A DNA stretch of 64,000 nt. Source: Candidatus Bathyarchaeota archaeon (lineage in GTDB: Archaea > Thermoproteota > Bathyarchaeia > 40CM-2-53-6). The translations under genes and the position numbers were made by a program. Below the pieces are notes generated by a model, which was not told where the DNA came from, did not search any database, and worked only from the letters and a program-made list of their open reading frames with translations. Of the stretch, positions 21,368 through 31,623 are shown piece after piece. Position 1 is the stretch's first letter. Each line of letters opens with the position of its first letter. The stretch is from contig CAWHWX010000004.1 in NCBI GenBank assembly GCA_963833125.1, positions 187,249 through 251,248 of the forward strand, given 5' to 3'.

Positions 21368-22504
21368 TTGAAGTCTAGATCAAGATCCAAGAAATCAGTC
21401 TGGCCCCGAACAACCATCGCGGTTCTTCTAGTGGTAATTGTAGTCTTAGGATTTGTGGCATTATACTATAGTCCCGTGCTTAATGGACTCCAGCCGAGAA
21501 CTCTCACTCCTGACCAAATCTACGCAACTGCAAGCCAAAGCGTAGTGACCATACAAGGTGTGGTGAAAGATATGACACTAAGCACCTACCCCAACGGAAC
21601 TCTAAGCGCAGTTTTAGGGACCGGGTTTGTGATAACCTACGGTGGCTCTTACTATATCATCACGAACTATCATGTAATCGACGGCCTACTAGACTCGACT
21701 GTGACGTTTTCGAATGGCGACTCCTACCCAGCCAAAGTCTTGGGTTCAGACGCTTACAGCGACATAGCAGTAGTATCAGTCAACGCTACACCCAGCGAGT
21801 ACCACCCGCTTCAACTAGGTTCTTCTGCTGAACTCAAAGTTGGCGAAACAGTTGTGGCCATTGGCAACCCCTACGGCCTATCCAACACCGTAACCGTGGG
21901 CGTCGTAAGTCAGGTCGGAAGAGCGTTGCAGACCGATACATTAGGCGGTTTCGCGATCCCAGACACGGTCCAATTCAGCGCCGCAGTTAACCCAGGCAAT
22001 TCCGGAGGCCCCGTAATCGCACCCGACGACACAGTAGTGGGAATTACTTCTGCCTCTGTAACTAATTCGGAAGGACTTGGCTTCGCCATCGCATCAGACA
22101 CAATCACTCGAGAATTACCATCTCTCATTACGCAAGGTAAGTACACCAAACATCCGTACCTAGGTCTCGGCCTTATCGATATGACCTATCAACTGTCGCA
22201 ATCGATGGGAACGAACGTCACCTATGGGGTCCTGGTAGAGAGCATAGTTCCAGGCGGCCCCGCAAGCACCTCCGGACTTAGGGCAGGAACCCAAAATGCC
22301 ACAATCGATCAACAAGAATACATCGTGGGGGGCGACATTATAGTTTCAATTAACGGAAATAAAATCACTAATTACGACTCGTTCTCCGCATACCTAGAGC
22401 AACATGCTGTAGCAGGACAAACCATTCAACTAGGAATAATTCGAAATGGACAGTACATGGTAGTCTCAGTGCTGCTCGGTTCGAGACCCCCTCTATCAGC
22501 GTAA
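21368..22504 (+). CDS. Membrane-anchored HtrA/DegP-type serine protease with PDZ domain
   Basis: N-terminal TM; TNYHV, SDIAV, NPGNSGGP catalytic triad; C-terminal PDZ. Confidence 0.93.
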   Translation: MKSRSRSKKSVWPRTTIAVLLVVIVVLGFVALYYSPVLNGLQPRTLTPDQIYATASQSVVTIQGVVKDMTLSTYPNGTLSAVLGTGFVITYGGSYYIITNYHVIDGLLDSTVTFSNGDSYPAKVLGSDAYSDIAVVSVNATPSEYHPLQLGSSAELKVGETVVAIGNPYGLSNTVTVGVVSQVGRALQTDTLGGFAIPDTVQFSAAVNPGNSGGPVIAPDDTVVGITSASVTNSEGLGFAIASDTITRELPSLITQGKYTKHPYLGLGLIDMTYQLSQSMGTNVTYGVLVESIVPGGPASTSGLRAGTQNATIDQQEYIVGGDIIVSINGNKITNYDSFSAYLEQHAVAGQTIQLGIIRNGQYMVVSVLLGSRPPLSA

Positions 22505-22597
22505 GACCAACTACCCAACTACGGGCAATGAACAATAGTTCCACTTACATTATTAACAACTACAGCCTGTAGTTTCCACTCAACTCAGGGAGCACTC

Positions 22598-22792
22598 ATG
22601 AACCAAGCATACCAAGCCTATGGAGCCAATGACCCAAACGGCGGTTTACCCGTCATCGGGTTGTTCCCCTGCCTTTATTGTACTCGACGATTCAGTATCA
22701 AGCGACAGCTGAAACTCCACTACCGTCAACGTCACTCGAGAAGTATTCCAAGCTATGAAGGTAGGAAGATCTCACAACTTGACCACCCTTAA
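22598..22792 (+). CDS. Small C2H2 zinc-finger protein
   Basis: FPCLYCTRRFSIKRQLKLHYRQRH matches F-x-C-x2-C-x3-F-x5-L-x2-H-x4-H; GGAG upstream of the ATG. Confidence 0.7.
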   Translation: MNQAYQAYGANDPNGGLPVIGLFPCLYCTRRFSIKRQLKLHYRQRHSRSIPSYEGRKISQLDHP

Positions 22793-22891
22793 CTATTCCT
22801 GACGCCGTGAACGTGCGATGCTAACAATACGAACAGTCATTGTTTTTAGAAAGCAAGTTCGATTCTCCCGTAACACAGGAGTCTAATCAAA

Positions 22892-23077
22892 ATGGCCACG
22901 GCCCCCGCGGATTCTGGAAAGGGAAAATGGAGGTTTTCACACGTAAGCCTCTATTCGGAGAACGTTTGCGAAACCTTCAGCGACGAAAAAGGGCAAATGC
23001 ATTACAGATGGATTTATCCGGACGGCAAAATGGAATACATTTGTGCCTGCCACCGTTTCCTGAACAAGCTACAGTGA
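22892..23077 (+). CDS. Small hypothetical protein
   Basis: 61-aa ORF with GGAG upstream; Cys/His residues (C...H...CACH). Confidence 0.45.
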   Translation: MATAPADSGKGKWRFSHVSLYSENVCETFSDEKGQMHYRWIYPDGKMEYICACHRFLNKLQ

Positions 23078-23111
23078 AATTGGAACTCCTCTACCACGTG
23101 AGGAACTCGTT

Positions 23112-23213
23112 CTAGCTTGGTTTTCTGCTAGAACCAGTTCGTTTCCGCATTCTTTGTTTTCTTTTCTGACGTCTGCGAATCCTGAAATCGGTCCTGCTAA
23201 GTTTATGGGGCAT
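23112..23213 (-). CDS. Very small basic protein (33 aa)
   Basis: MPHKLSRTDFRIRRRQKRKQRMRKRTGSSRKPS; AGGAG 5' of the ATG. Confidence 0.5.
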   Translation of the reverse strand: MPHKLSRTDFRIRRRQKRKQRMRKRTGSSRKPS

Positions 23214-23378
23214 CCCGCCAATACTCCTATGATTAACTGACTCCGAAGGGTAATTGCTATATCTCTTTCTACCGATCAAGCTCCCTCGTTTAGGAGTCGT
23301 TGTCTTCTGTCGATCGAAGAACTTTCCAGCAAAGGCAGCCCTGCTTGCCAAGATGCGTTCACCTATCTCAGGGACCAG

Positions 23379-23690
23379 TTGAAATCGGAGCAGGATGTGG
23401 TTGAGAGTGTAGAGTATGAACCACTCAAGGAGATTGAGGCACCCAGCTACAACGTGCGAGAAACTCCGAGGGTCAGGGTCTTCTTCGGCGAAAAACTTGA
23501 ACTATTTCTTTTCATACCCGAAAAATCAGTTTCGAAGATTAAGGCGGACGCGAGTGTCCCTGAGGCGTTGAGGGCTTGGGTTGACAAGGCGCAGCTCGGT
23601 GGAATGAGCCGCTTGCTCAGGGTTCAACTGGGTTCAAGGAATGATGTGGAAGTCTTGATGCCCCTCATCAAATCCGTGATCCGGCAATAA
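23379..23690 (+). CDS. Hypothetical protein
   Basis: 103-aa ORF with globular composition, converging exactly on the next gene. Confidence 0.55.
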   Translation: MKSEQDVVESVEYEPLKEIEAPSYNVRETPRVRVFFGEKLELFLFIPEKSVSKIKADASVPEALRAWVDKAQLGGMSRLLRVQLGSRNDVEVLMPLIKSVIRQ

Positions 23691-24077
23691 TCAGACTACC
23701 TCGTTGTATTTCTGGATCAGTTCTTGATCAACGACCCCTGAAACGACTCTCTCAGAACCATCGGGCAGGACTACACTCATCCCGGCGGCGTGGTAGGGTA
23801 GTTCGAACCTCTCGAGTTTTTCGAGAGCATCAGTTTCGTACACCTTCATCCAATTCCCATCCGCCTGCCTGAAACAATAAGCCTTCGCTATTCTTCTCTC
23901 CCCTAACCCACCAATCCGTCCACCGGCCGCACCAGGTGCTGAACCAGGTAATTCGAGTACGAAGACGCAGTTACGCCCGATGTTCGCTCTGAGGTCGATT
24001 GGCATTTCGGCAACGAACAGCCGTCGGCTCTTCTCCCGTGCGAGTTGGGCGAGTTCCTCTAAGGGGTTAACAGACAT
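23691..24077 (-). CDS. Hypothetical protein
   Basis: 128-aa ORF, co-oriented with 24112-24492. Confidence 0.65.
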   Translation of the reverse strand: MSVNPLEELAQLAREKSRRLFVAEMPIDLRANIGRNCVFVLELPGSAPGAAGGRIGGLGERRIAKAYCFRQADGNWMKVYETDALEKLERFELPYHAAGMSVVLPDGSERVVSGVVDQELIQKYNEVV

Positions 24078-24111
24078 AGCAGATCGATCCGTGAGCGGTT
24101 TCTTACTTTGC

Positions 24112-24492
24112 CTACTTGGTGAAGTCTCTCTTGTCGACGTTTACATTGAGGGCTTTGAGATAGGCTGGGGCTTGCTCTGAACCTGTAAGATTGAATTGGG
24201 CGTCGACTCGGAACTTGAAATGGGCATCCTTTGATGCTCCAGCAAATGTCATTAGGATTTCGCCAGGTCTACCTTTGTCGCTCTTTTCATGCTTTACACT
24301 GATGTTTTTGTCCCTCCCCGCGAACCAAGCTTCAACCTCCTTCCGCATAGTAGGTTCAACAGATTCGAATGGGACACCTTTGTGCTCTTGTTCGAACTTG
24401 CTCGTGAGAGCTTTACGGCATTCCCTGCTCAGGTTCGTCATGTAAACGAAAGTCTTCTCGACGAGTTGTCGACCAGATGGTGAATCTGTCAA
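24112..24492 (-). CDS. Hypothetical protein
   Basis: 126-aa ORF, soluble, natural amino-acid composition. Confidence 0.65.
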   Translation of the reverse strand: MTDSPSGRQLVEKTFVYMTNLSRECRKALTSKFEQEHKGVPFESVEPTMRKEVEAWFAGRDKNISVKHEKSDKGRPGEILMTFAGASKDAHFKFRVDAQFNLTGSEQAPAYLKALNVNVDKRDFTK

Positions 24493-24613
24493 ATCCGTTC
24501 CCTATCAATTAACCAGGTGCGACCTTCTAAAGTATTGTTCGAAGAGAATGTGTGAGGCGCGGAGAGACGTAGTTGGTAGAAATTATCGAGATAGTTCGTT
24601 TCCGAGTGACATT

Positions 24614-25705
24614 TCAGGTCTGCTTTTGCGGCCGGTGGTAGTATACCAAACAGATTGCGGCACAAGCTATTAGCCCAAGGAACATGTCGAAAGCTGGTGC
24701 GGGAAACTCCGCGACAGAGAACCCTTGCGGGCTTAACGCAAGACCAATCCTTTGCCCTTCCAAGTTGCTGTACCCATCATAGAACATCATGAAATTGTTC
24801 CCGGCCTGAACTACGCTTGGTTGTTCCACTCCGGCGGAATCCCAACTACCGGGAGGCCCAGGAGTTAGAATAGGGTTGCTTGACGATCGTGTCCAGGTAG
24901 CGCCATCAGGAGCCGTTGCAAATCCGATACGTGGGACGACGGCGGTTTGGTTTATTCCGGAATACCAAAGGCCGAAAATTGTTCCGTTATAGAACACTGC
25001 TGGAGAGTAAACCCCATTTGCGTCCCATGCTTTGGGGTCGGATGCCGGTGCTAATACTGGGGACGGCCACTTCGTCCACTTGATCCCATCAGTCGATGTC
25101 GCGTAGAGGATTCTGTTAATGTTTGGCGTGGCAGCGCTTTTCCCGCTGTACCACATGTTGTAAGTGAGGTTCAACCTGAGAACATAGGGCGCGGCAACGT
25201 ACCTCTGATCGTTTCCCAACTCGGAGGGGACCAAGACTGGATTGCCCGCGTATTTGACCCAATTGAGTCCGTCATTGGATACTGCGAACCCGACTGCCCC
25301 TCCCGGGTAAGTAGTAGCGTTGCTGCCGGTATACCACATCAGGTATGCGGTGCCATTCCAAGTTACGGATCCTAATGCGACGGAGGAACTATCCCACTCA
25401 CCGGGTTGGCCAGGCGACAGAACTGCGCCGTGTTTTAACCAATTTATTCCATTAGTTGAGGTAGCGTATCCGATTTTGCTGACACCGGAGAGACCGCCCT
25501 GGTACCACATCCTAAAGGTAGTGCCATCGTAAAGCACTCTTGGGGTAGTTACGTAGTCTCCATCCCAACTACCCGCGGTAGGGAAGAATACAGGATTGCC
25601 GGCGTACTTTACCCACTGCCCAGACGTGGCGTATGCCGAAGGAAACAGGGAGAGAGCGGGGATGAGAATAATCAGGATAAGGATTGATGTTGTTCTGGAA
25701 GCCAA
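24614..25705 (-). CDS. Secreted five-bladed beta-propeller glycosidase-like protein (GH43/32/130-like fold) with a PEF-CTERM-like tail
   Basis: Signal peptide; five repeats of W-x-K...NPVL...WD...P-x-V...MWY-x-G...IG-x-A-x-S-x-DG-x-x-W; C-terminal VAEFP + TM + basic residues. Confidence 0.8.
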   Translation of the reverse strand: MASRTTSILILIILIPALSLFPSAYATSGQWVKYAGNPVFFPTAGSWDGDYVTTPRVLYDGTTFRMWYQGGLSGVSKIGYATSTNGINWLKHGAVLSPGQPGEWDSSSVALGSVTWNGTAYLMWYTGSNATTYPGGAVGFAVSNDGLNWVKYAGNPVLVPSELGNDQRYVAAPYVLRLNLTYNMWYSGKSAATPNINRILYATSTDGIKWTKWPSPVLAPASDPKAWDANGVYSPAVFYNGTIFGLWYSGINQTAVVPRIGFATAPDGATWTRSSSNPILTPGPPGSWDSAGVEQPSVVQAGNNFMMFYDGYSNLEGQRIGLALSPQGFSVAEFPAPAFDMFLGLIACAAICLVYYHRPQKQT

Positions 25706-25739
25706 GATCGAAACGTGCCCTGATCGAAGAAAACAGGGT

Positions 25740-26265
25740 TTAGAAAAGAAAAAGGTTTGGTTGTGCGCGTCTTTGTTCTAGGGTTGATACACGGGTTGAG
25801 CGAGGGCGTGTTGGCGTGCAATCGGGGATGCGGATACTGCTGTATGCCGTAGAGAGAAGCAGCACGATTCCTGCGACCAGTATCAGAATTGCACTTAAGG
25901 CGGTAAGCAGAGTAGCCGTACCGGACGCTAGACCACTCGTACCGGACCCGCTCGCACTCCCAGCAAAGCCAAAACTGAAGATCAATAGTAGGGCGCCGAA
26001 GACCAATCCTCTTACGCCTGCCTCGGAGAGCATACGTTTGCTTGCTAGCGAGAAACAGTGGATAGCTCCCAAGGAGCAGATTAGGCTTACACCCAAGACT
26101 ACAATCGAAGTGATTGTCAAGCTGGTCAGGGTAGTACTGATGAGGGCTGCTGATGTTGATGGGTAAGGCTAGAATTGTCATTGCGAGGCTAACTACGCCG
26201 CCTACGACAAACAGTATGGCTGCTAGGTCAACAAAGCCGTGCTTCAGTGGTGAAGCTCCATTCAT
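25740..26265 (-). CDS. Membrane protein (about four TMs), frameshifted
   Basis: Hydrophobic segments split between ORFs 25672-26298 and 25740-26120; the C-terminal end is uncertain. Confidence 0.5.
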
Positions 26266-26330
26266 TTTTCCATGACCTCCATATGAATGTACAACCAATG
26301 CAGGTTAAGACTAGGTGGACCGGGTAGAAA

Positions 26331-27144
26331 TCAGAGGGGCCCGGTAGAAAACTCGACGAAGTCTTCGTTATTCGGCCTAGGTTTCTTGGTAGCCATGTTC
26401 TCTTGGAAATCGTAATCCGAATCTATTAGCTTCGTCAGTAGGTTTTCAAGTTCAAAGAATTCAATTCTATATTTGCATTGCAGTTTGGGCATGATTCTTC
26501 GGTGCTTGACTCCTATTGAAACTTCAGCAAGTTGAAATGCGGGGTCATCTGCTTCCGAGTCACCCAGAGTACATTACTGCGCCGGTGACTCCTAGCTCTC
26601 GTTTCAGTTTGTTGAACGCCTCCCCCTTATCGACCTTCGTGGGAAAGACGTTTGCGAAGGGGCTTGCGTCGGCTTCGACGACATACAAACCTTGTTCTTT
26701 ACAGTAGGTTAGCAGAGGAGCAGCCATCCGCTTGGCCTCGTCCCAGTTACGCGACATCCTCCAATCGATGCAGAACGCGATCAGGTTCTCGTCGTCGGAT
26801 TCCTTTCTCTCAATAACCAGATTGTCCTTAGCTTGTAGAATTTTCTTGAGAACCTCTTGGTATGTCTTCTCAAAGGGTTCATTCCGCTGCCGGACCCTTT
26901 CATCGAGAAATGTTTTCTCGCCCACTTGCATCTCCAAACCGCAACTTGCAGAGATACCGTGTGCGAATGGAACCCTTTCTCGAATGAAAGCGAGATCTTT
27001 GGTGGTAACGATTCCAAATGTGACATGTTTGCTTACCTTGGTAAGCATTCGACGTAGCATCGGAGAGAGGACTGCATCTTCACGTCGAGCCTCTAATGGG
27101 GACAGCGTCCCATCGTAATCCGAGAAAAGCGCAGCTATCTTCAC
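26331..27144 (-). CDS. HAD-IIB phosphatase, trehalose-6-phosphate phosphatase-like (frameshift near 26570)
   Basis: FSDYDGTLSP motif I, VDKGEA motif III, YLGDSEADD motif IV in the shifted frame ending TGA at 26331. Confidence 0.8.
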
Positions 27145-27334
27145 TTTAACTCCTCCATTTACTCGGTGTCGACAGACTTGCTGTTATAACAATGGTGCTA
27201 ATTTGCCTTGTTGGAAACAGTCTACCCGACCCCGCCACCAAAAAGCCCCATATCGGTCTTCGTGGAAAACGGCGTAGACTTTAGCAATACCCCAATACTA
27301 TCTATCGCTAATCACGGTTGAGGCGACTTCCTGT

Positions 27335-29152
27335 ATGAAGAAGCGTATCGGTGTAATAATGTACCAGACGAGTAGGACAAAGGGGCAGGAACTCGTCGCC
27401 CAACGAATGGTCAGATACTTCAGAGACCTCGGAAACGAGTCATACCTGATCACCAGCGTATACCACGACGGGAAGGAAACCGTTAGCGAACAACAGATGG
27501 GAGAAAAAGGCTACTTTCTAGTTAATGACCTTGAACTCAACATCCCAGTTATCCGCATCGCCAGCCTAGTAACAAAATGGCCGCCCCGCCGAGTCGGGTT
27601 CAAAGACATAGTCCACACCTTAGAGAGAATAGTCAACGACTTTCAACTCAACGTATTGATCACACATAGCACACTTTGGAATGGCCCAGAGGAAGTAGCC
27701 AAATTCGTCGAGTGGAGGCGCAACATCAAGGCCTTGGGCGGATACCAAGCCCCACTCATATTTTGTCACATGTCCCATTTCCAAGAACCTTCTCCCAGAC
27801 GATATTCTATCGCCGAACGCTCTTTCAGAATGGCCTGGAACCGTCTCTCTCTAAGAACAATACTCCGGGTAGCCAACCTCATCCTAGTGGTGACGCCGTA
27901 CGAGGAACAAGCCAAGGTAAAAATGGGCGCACCCAAGAATAGAATTTTGTTGTTTCCTGGCGGGATCGATGACGTATCCTTCAGTCAATTTTCGTCATCA
28001 GACCCACAGGAGTTCCTCAAACAACTAGGGATCCCAATAGACTCTAAGATTGTTGCTTTCCTGGGAACGATCGAGAATAGAAAGAATCCGGCCGCGATTG
28101 CTGCAGTCGCGGAGAGGTTGACTAACAGAAACGATATTCAGTTCGTCATTTGTGGCAGGGGCGATTCAGAATATGCGGATACGGTGAGGAAGAAGACTGA
28201 GGGACTGACTAACGTCAAGTATACCGGCGAGCTTAGCGAGAAAGCAAAGGTGCAATTAATCAAAAACTCCTACCTGAATATCATACTCAGCAGAATGGAA
28301 GCACTGGGCCTAACCCAGCTTGAGTTTATGTTTGAAGGAGTCCCAGTGATTACTTCAGGTGTCGGGGGACAATCTTGGATTGTTAGAGACGGAGAGGAAG
28401 GTATCCAAGTCAAAGGGCCCGACGATATCGACGGTGCGGTTAACGCCGTCATCCAGCTCGTCGACGACAAGTCAAAGTGGCAAAAACTCTCGTCCAACGC
28501 AAAGGAGAGAGCAAGCAAATACACACTGACGAATCTCATGCAGCAACTTGACTCCGCAATTACGAAGGAAATCGAGAATGAGTGCGGATTATCGACGCTA
28601 CCCTCGGAAGTTAGGTCCACCATTTCTGAACCCGAGTATGTGGTTCGCACATGGTCGCATGGGACTCTCAAGGTCGCGGCAACCAAGAGGAGGATGTTTA
28701 TTCAGCGAGGCCGCTTCTCGAGGAGCACCCTGGAATTACCCTACTCCAGTATTCATTCGATAGAACACGTCAGGCAGTATCGCTGGAAGGCGCTTATCAC
28801 AGGCGGAATCCTTTCCACGCTATTGTTGATTCAACACTACGTTTCTCCCATCATATCCCGCACACTAACTTCAAGAATTGTACTTCTTGCCTCGAGCTTA
28901 GTTCCGAACGCTGGAACGAGAATGGAAGCAGCCATCGGCAATCTATGGGTGGTCCCTATCTCTATTGCAGCGGTCCTGTTTTTGATTGGAGCTCGCAAAG
29001 GCTACGCTTTGCACGGTGCAACTCTAGAGCCAATCTACCTACCAGCCTCATTCAGCGAAGCGATTCAATATGTCCGGGAGCAGCAGAGTCGACCATGGGA
29101 CAATCGCGGAAACCCGCCGAACTACCCAGAAGAATCTGAGGAGCAGAGATGA
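27335..29152 (+). CDS. GT4 (GT-B) glycosyltransferase with C-terminal membrane domain
   Basis: FLGTIENRKN, SRMEALGLTQLEFMFEGVPVITS (E-x7-E), two C-terminal TMs. Confidence 0.88.
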   Translation: MKKRIGVIMYQTSRTKGQELVAQRMVRYFRDLGNESYLITSVYHDGKETVSEQQMGEKGYFLVNDLELNIPVIRIASLVTKWPPRRVGFKDIVHTLERIVNDFQLNVLITHSTLWNGPEEVAKFVEWRRNIKALGGYQAPLIFCHMSHFQEPSPRRYSIAERSFRMAWNRLSLRTILRVANLILVVTPYEEQAKVKMGAPKNRILLFPGGIDDVSFSQFSSSDPQEFLKQLGIPIDSKIVAFLGTIENRKNPAAIAAVAERLTNRNDIQFVICGRGDSEYADTVRKKTEGLTNVKYTGELSEKAKVQLIKNSYLNIILSRMEALGLTQLEFMFEGVPVITSGVGGQSWIVRDGEEGIQVKGPDDIDGAVNAVIQLVDDKSKWQKLSSNAKERASKYTLTNLMQQLDSAITKEIENECGLSTLPSEVRSTISEPEYVVRTWSHGTLKVAATKRRMFIQRGRFSRSTLELPYSSIHSIEHVRQYRWKALITGGILSTLLLIQHYVSPIISRTLTSRIVLLASSLVPNAGTRMEAAIGNLWVVPISIAAVLFLIGARKGYALHGATLEPIYLPASFSEAIQYVREQQSRPWDNRGNPPNYPEESEEQR

Positions 29153-29435
29153 CCAGGGCGAAACAAACGTAGGAAATTTGGCAGGAAATCCTAGCAGACC
29201 CTAGCGAACCTAGTATTCTACATCAAACTCCTGCCATGTCATGTAGGGGTACATACCGTACCAAGGGTTGTATGCGTAAGCATAGGCAGGAAGCAAGATT
29301 CTTTGTTTCAACTATCAATTCACCTCCCCATACAACCATTACATCGCACGACTAGCTACCGCTTACGGACGGTTAGGGTTGAGTGGAAGATTCTACCCCG
29401 CTGTTCTGCGTTCTACCATGTGTACGGGGACGGGA

Positions 29436-29822
29436 CTACGCACCCCACTGCATCAGGACTAGCTCCTTTATTTCTGAAAATATTAGAGCCATGACAATAC
29501 CTACCAACACCGGACCAAACCAAAGACGCCAGTACAAGGCAATGAATGTGATCGGCATCAGAAGCATTCCGAAGACGAAGTGATGGATGTGGCTTGTAGG
29601 GGCGGTTTCCTTTCCTCCGAACATTTTCGCGTTCAATTTTTGAACCTTATTCGTGGCCGCAGTCGTGGGCGGCAGCCGTGTAATCTTGAATTTTCGGTCT
29701 TTGAAATCGATGAAGATCCTTAGTCTCACAGAGTCTGCTAACAGTCTGATTAGAATGTAAGCTACCCATCCCGTCATGAGGAAGAGTTCCAAGTCTGTAA
29801 ACGTAGGAATTTGCATCGACAA
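29436..29822 (-). CDS. Small membrane protein
   Basis: Three hydrophobic segments; HIHHFVFG motif. Confidence 0.65.
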   Translation of the reverse strand: MSMQIPTFTDLELFLMTGWVAYILIRLLADSVRLRIFIDFKDRKFKITRLPPTTAATNKVQKLNAKMFGGKETAPTSHIHHFVFGMLLMPITFIALYWRLWFGPVLVGIVMALIFSEIKELVLMQWGA

Positions 29823-30035
29823 GCACCTGCCCCTTACGTCAGCAACTATCTCCTTACTAAAAGTTGCAGTATCGCGACCGCCAAGAAGGCGGTTCCTGCG
29901 TAGCGCAAGATTCCCGTATGAAGTGGATTACGGCGGATAGAACGAGAATGATGGAATCAGTAATTCGAGCAACTCAACTCACAAGTCACAAACATTTCAT
30001 GGAAAAAAGGAGAGGGAGGTTTTTGGTGTTTTCCC

Positions 30036-30936
30036 TCACTTGGTCTTTGCCTGTTGAGTCTGAGTATTTGATGGCGGGGTTTGTGATTTGCTCTTTCCTC
30101 TGTAGTGTACTGCGAAAGCGCCGAAGATTATGGCGAGTATTCCAAGGCCGCCTGCAGCTGCTTCTAGCGTTGTATTCGTGTTTTGGTTTGTGCTGAGTTG
30201 CTGGTTCAGGTTGGCGATTGTTGCGTTCCTTTGTGCGATTGTGTTTTGGGCGTTCTGGAGCTGTTGTTGAAGTTGTTGGTTCTGTGCTTGGGTTTGGTTC
30301 AATTGCTGTTCGGCTGTTTGGTACTGTGATTGAAGGGCTACGTATTCAGGGGTTTGGGCTTTGATGTATGATAGCGGGTGCTACTCCGCTGTCTGTCGCG
30401 GTGGAGTAGGAGTTTGATGGGTAGGCGTAGTAGCTGGACGAGTATGGGTAGTAATTGTAACCGTAACCGCAGTATACGTCGTAATAGCAGTAGGCGCTAG
30501 AGGAATTGTAGTTGGCCGGGTAATAGTAGTAGTTCGCGTAGGCTGTCTGGACATTCTCAGTTATGGATGCGAAAAGTGAGGTTCTCGGAGCATTTTGTGG
30601 GACCGTGAACGTAATCTGCTTGTTGAGAGCACTCCCACTGTTCACGTATCCGTTATTGTTTAACGTCGCCGATGTCAGCTGATGAAGGGTGTTGCCATCT
30701 ACGTAGAAAATCTGCGCCGTTAAACTGGCGCTACTGAAACTGTTTTTCGCATTGGCTTGCATGTTGACCGTCACAACGTCACCTGGATTAACCTGCGAAG
30801 GGAAGGTCATTTGAACGGTGAAATAACTCAAATTCACTGTATAGCTAGTTTGAGCTGCTTGGGCATGCGCAACAACTACAACTGATAGAGCCACCATCAG
30901 AATCGGAAAAGCAAGTATTAGCCGCGATGATTTCAT
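30036..30936 (-). CDS. Secreted, membrane-anchored protein with a Tyr-rich segment and a Gln-rich coiled coil (frameshift near 30375)
   Basis: Signal peptide, Ig-like domain, Tyr-rich tract, QQLQQQLQNAQ coil, C-terminal TM; two ORFs joined. Confidence 0.7.
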
Positions 30937-30997
30937 TCTCTTACTTCTCCTGATTGTCTAGTTTGTTACCTCCAGTAACAGTAGGATATAAATATTG

Positions 30998-31005
30998 TTA
31001 CGTAA
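30998..31005. repeat. Target site duplication, left copy (TTACGTAA)
   Basis: Identical 8-mer at 34073-34080, directly outside each terminal inverted repeat. Confidence 0.85.
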
Positions 31006-31066
31006 GGTAACGTTACGTTGTCGGTTGATGAACGAAATTCTTGTGGGTGTTACCGTTCGGTTGATG
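31006..31066 (+). repeat. Left terminal inverted repeat (bipartite)
   Basis: GGTAACGTTACGTTGTCGGTTGAT (31006-31029), 18-bp spacer, TGTTACCGTTCGGTTGATG (31048-31066). Confidence 0.88.
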
Positions 31067-31076
31067 TGGTGTGGTA

Positions 31077-31594
31077 TTAGGGTAGGAAATATTGGACTTG
31101 AAACGTAATCGGGTAAAAGTATGAGGCACCGAAATCCTTGGTACAGGGAACGGTGTGACCTATGACCCAACCTACAGCCCCCGCAAAGCTACTGCTCGGA
31201 AAAGCCGTGACATCAATCAGCCGATAGATGTTGCCATCAGACGCATGCAAGAGTACGCAGCCTCCACTCGTCTGTTCATAAGGCTGAGCCCCAAAATCTA
31301 ACGTGCCTGAGATGCACCTCTCCCCAGTTGACACTGTTACATTAGCGCATGAAGGCGCTAGAGTCTGGATCCAGATTCAGACGGAAGCAGATAACAGTTT
31401 TCTCCGTAGCTCGCTGTCTGCATGGTTTGGGTTACTGTAACAAAACCCGTAACATAGTTTTGTCGAGTTTGCGTCTGGGTCGAAAAAATAGACTGAGTAA
31501 CAAAGACTGGATGAGTTGAAGAATATCCGGCGTATCCGAGACTGGCTAATGCAACCACAAGAAGAGTTATCGTAACGAGAATGCTGGACTTCAA
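31077..31594 (-). CDS. Passenger gene: exported hypothetical protein (frameshift near 31370)
   Basis: Signal/anchor plus Thr-rich linker in ORF 31358-31594, continuing into the Cys-containing ORF 31077-31334. Confidence 0.55.
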
Positions 31595-31623
31595 GGTACG
31601 CTAAGAGTTAACCTTGTTTCTTC

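Noticed and set aside
29189-29215. Three CCTAG repeats at about 10-bp spacing downstream of the glycosyltransferase
   Set aside because: Too short and in a convergent intergenic region; no supporting context.
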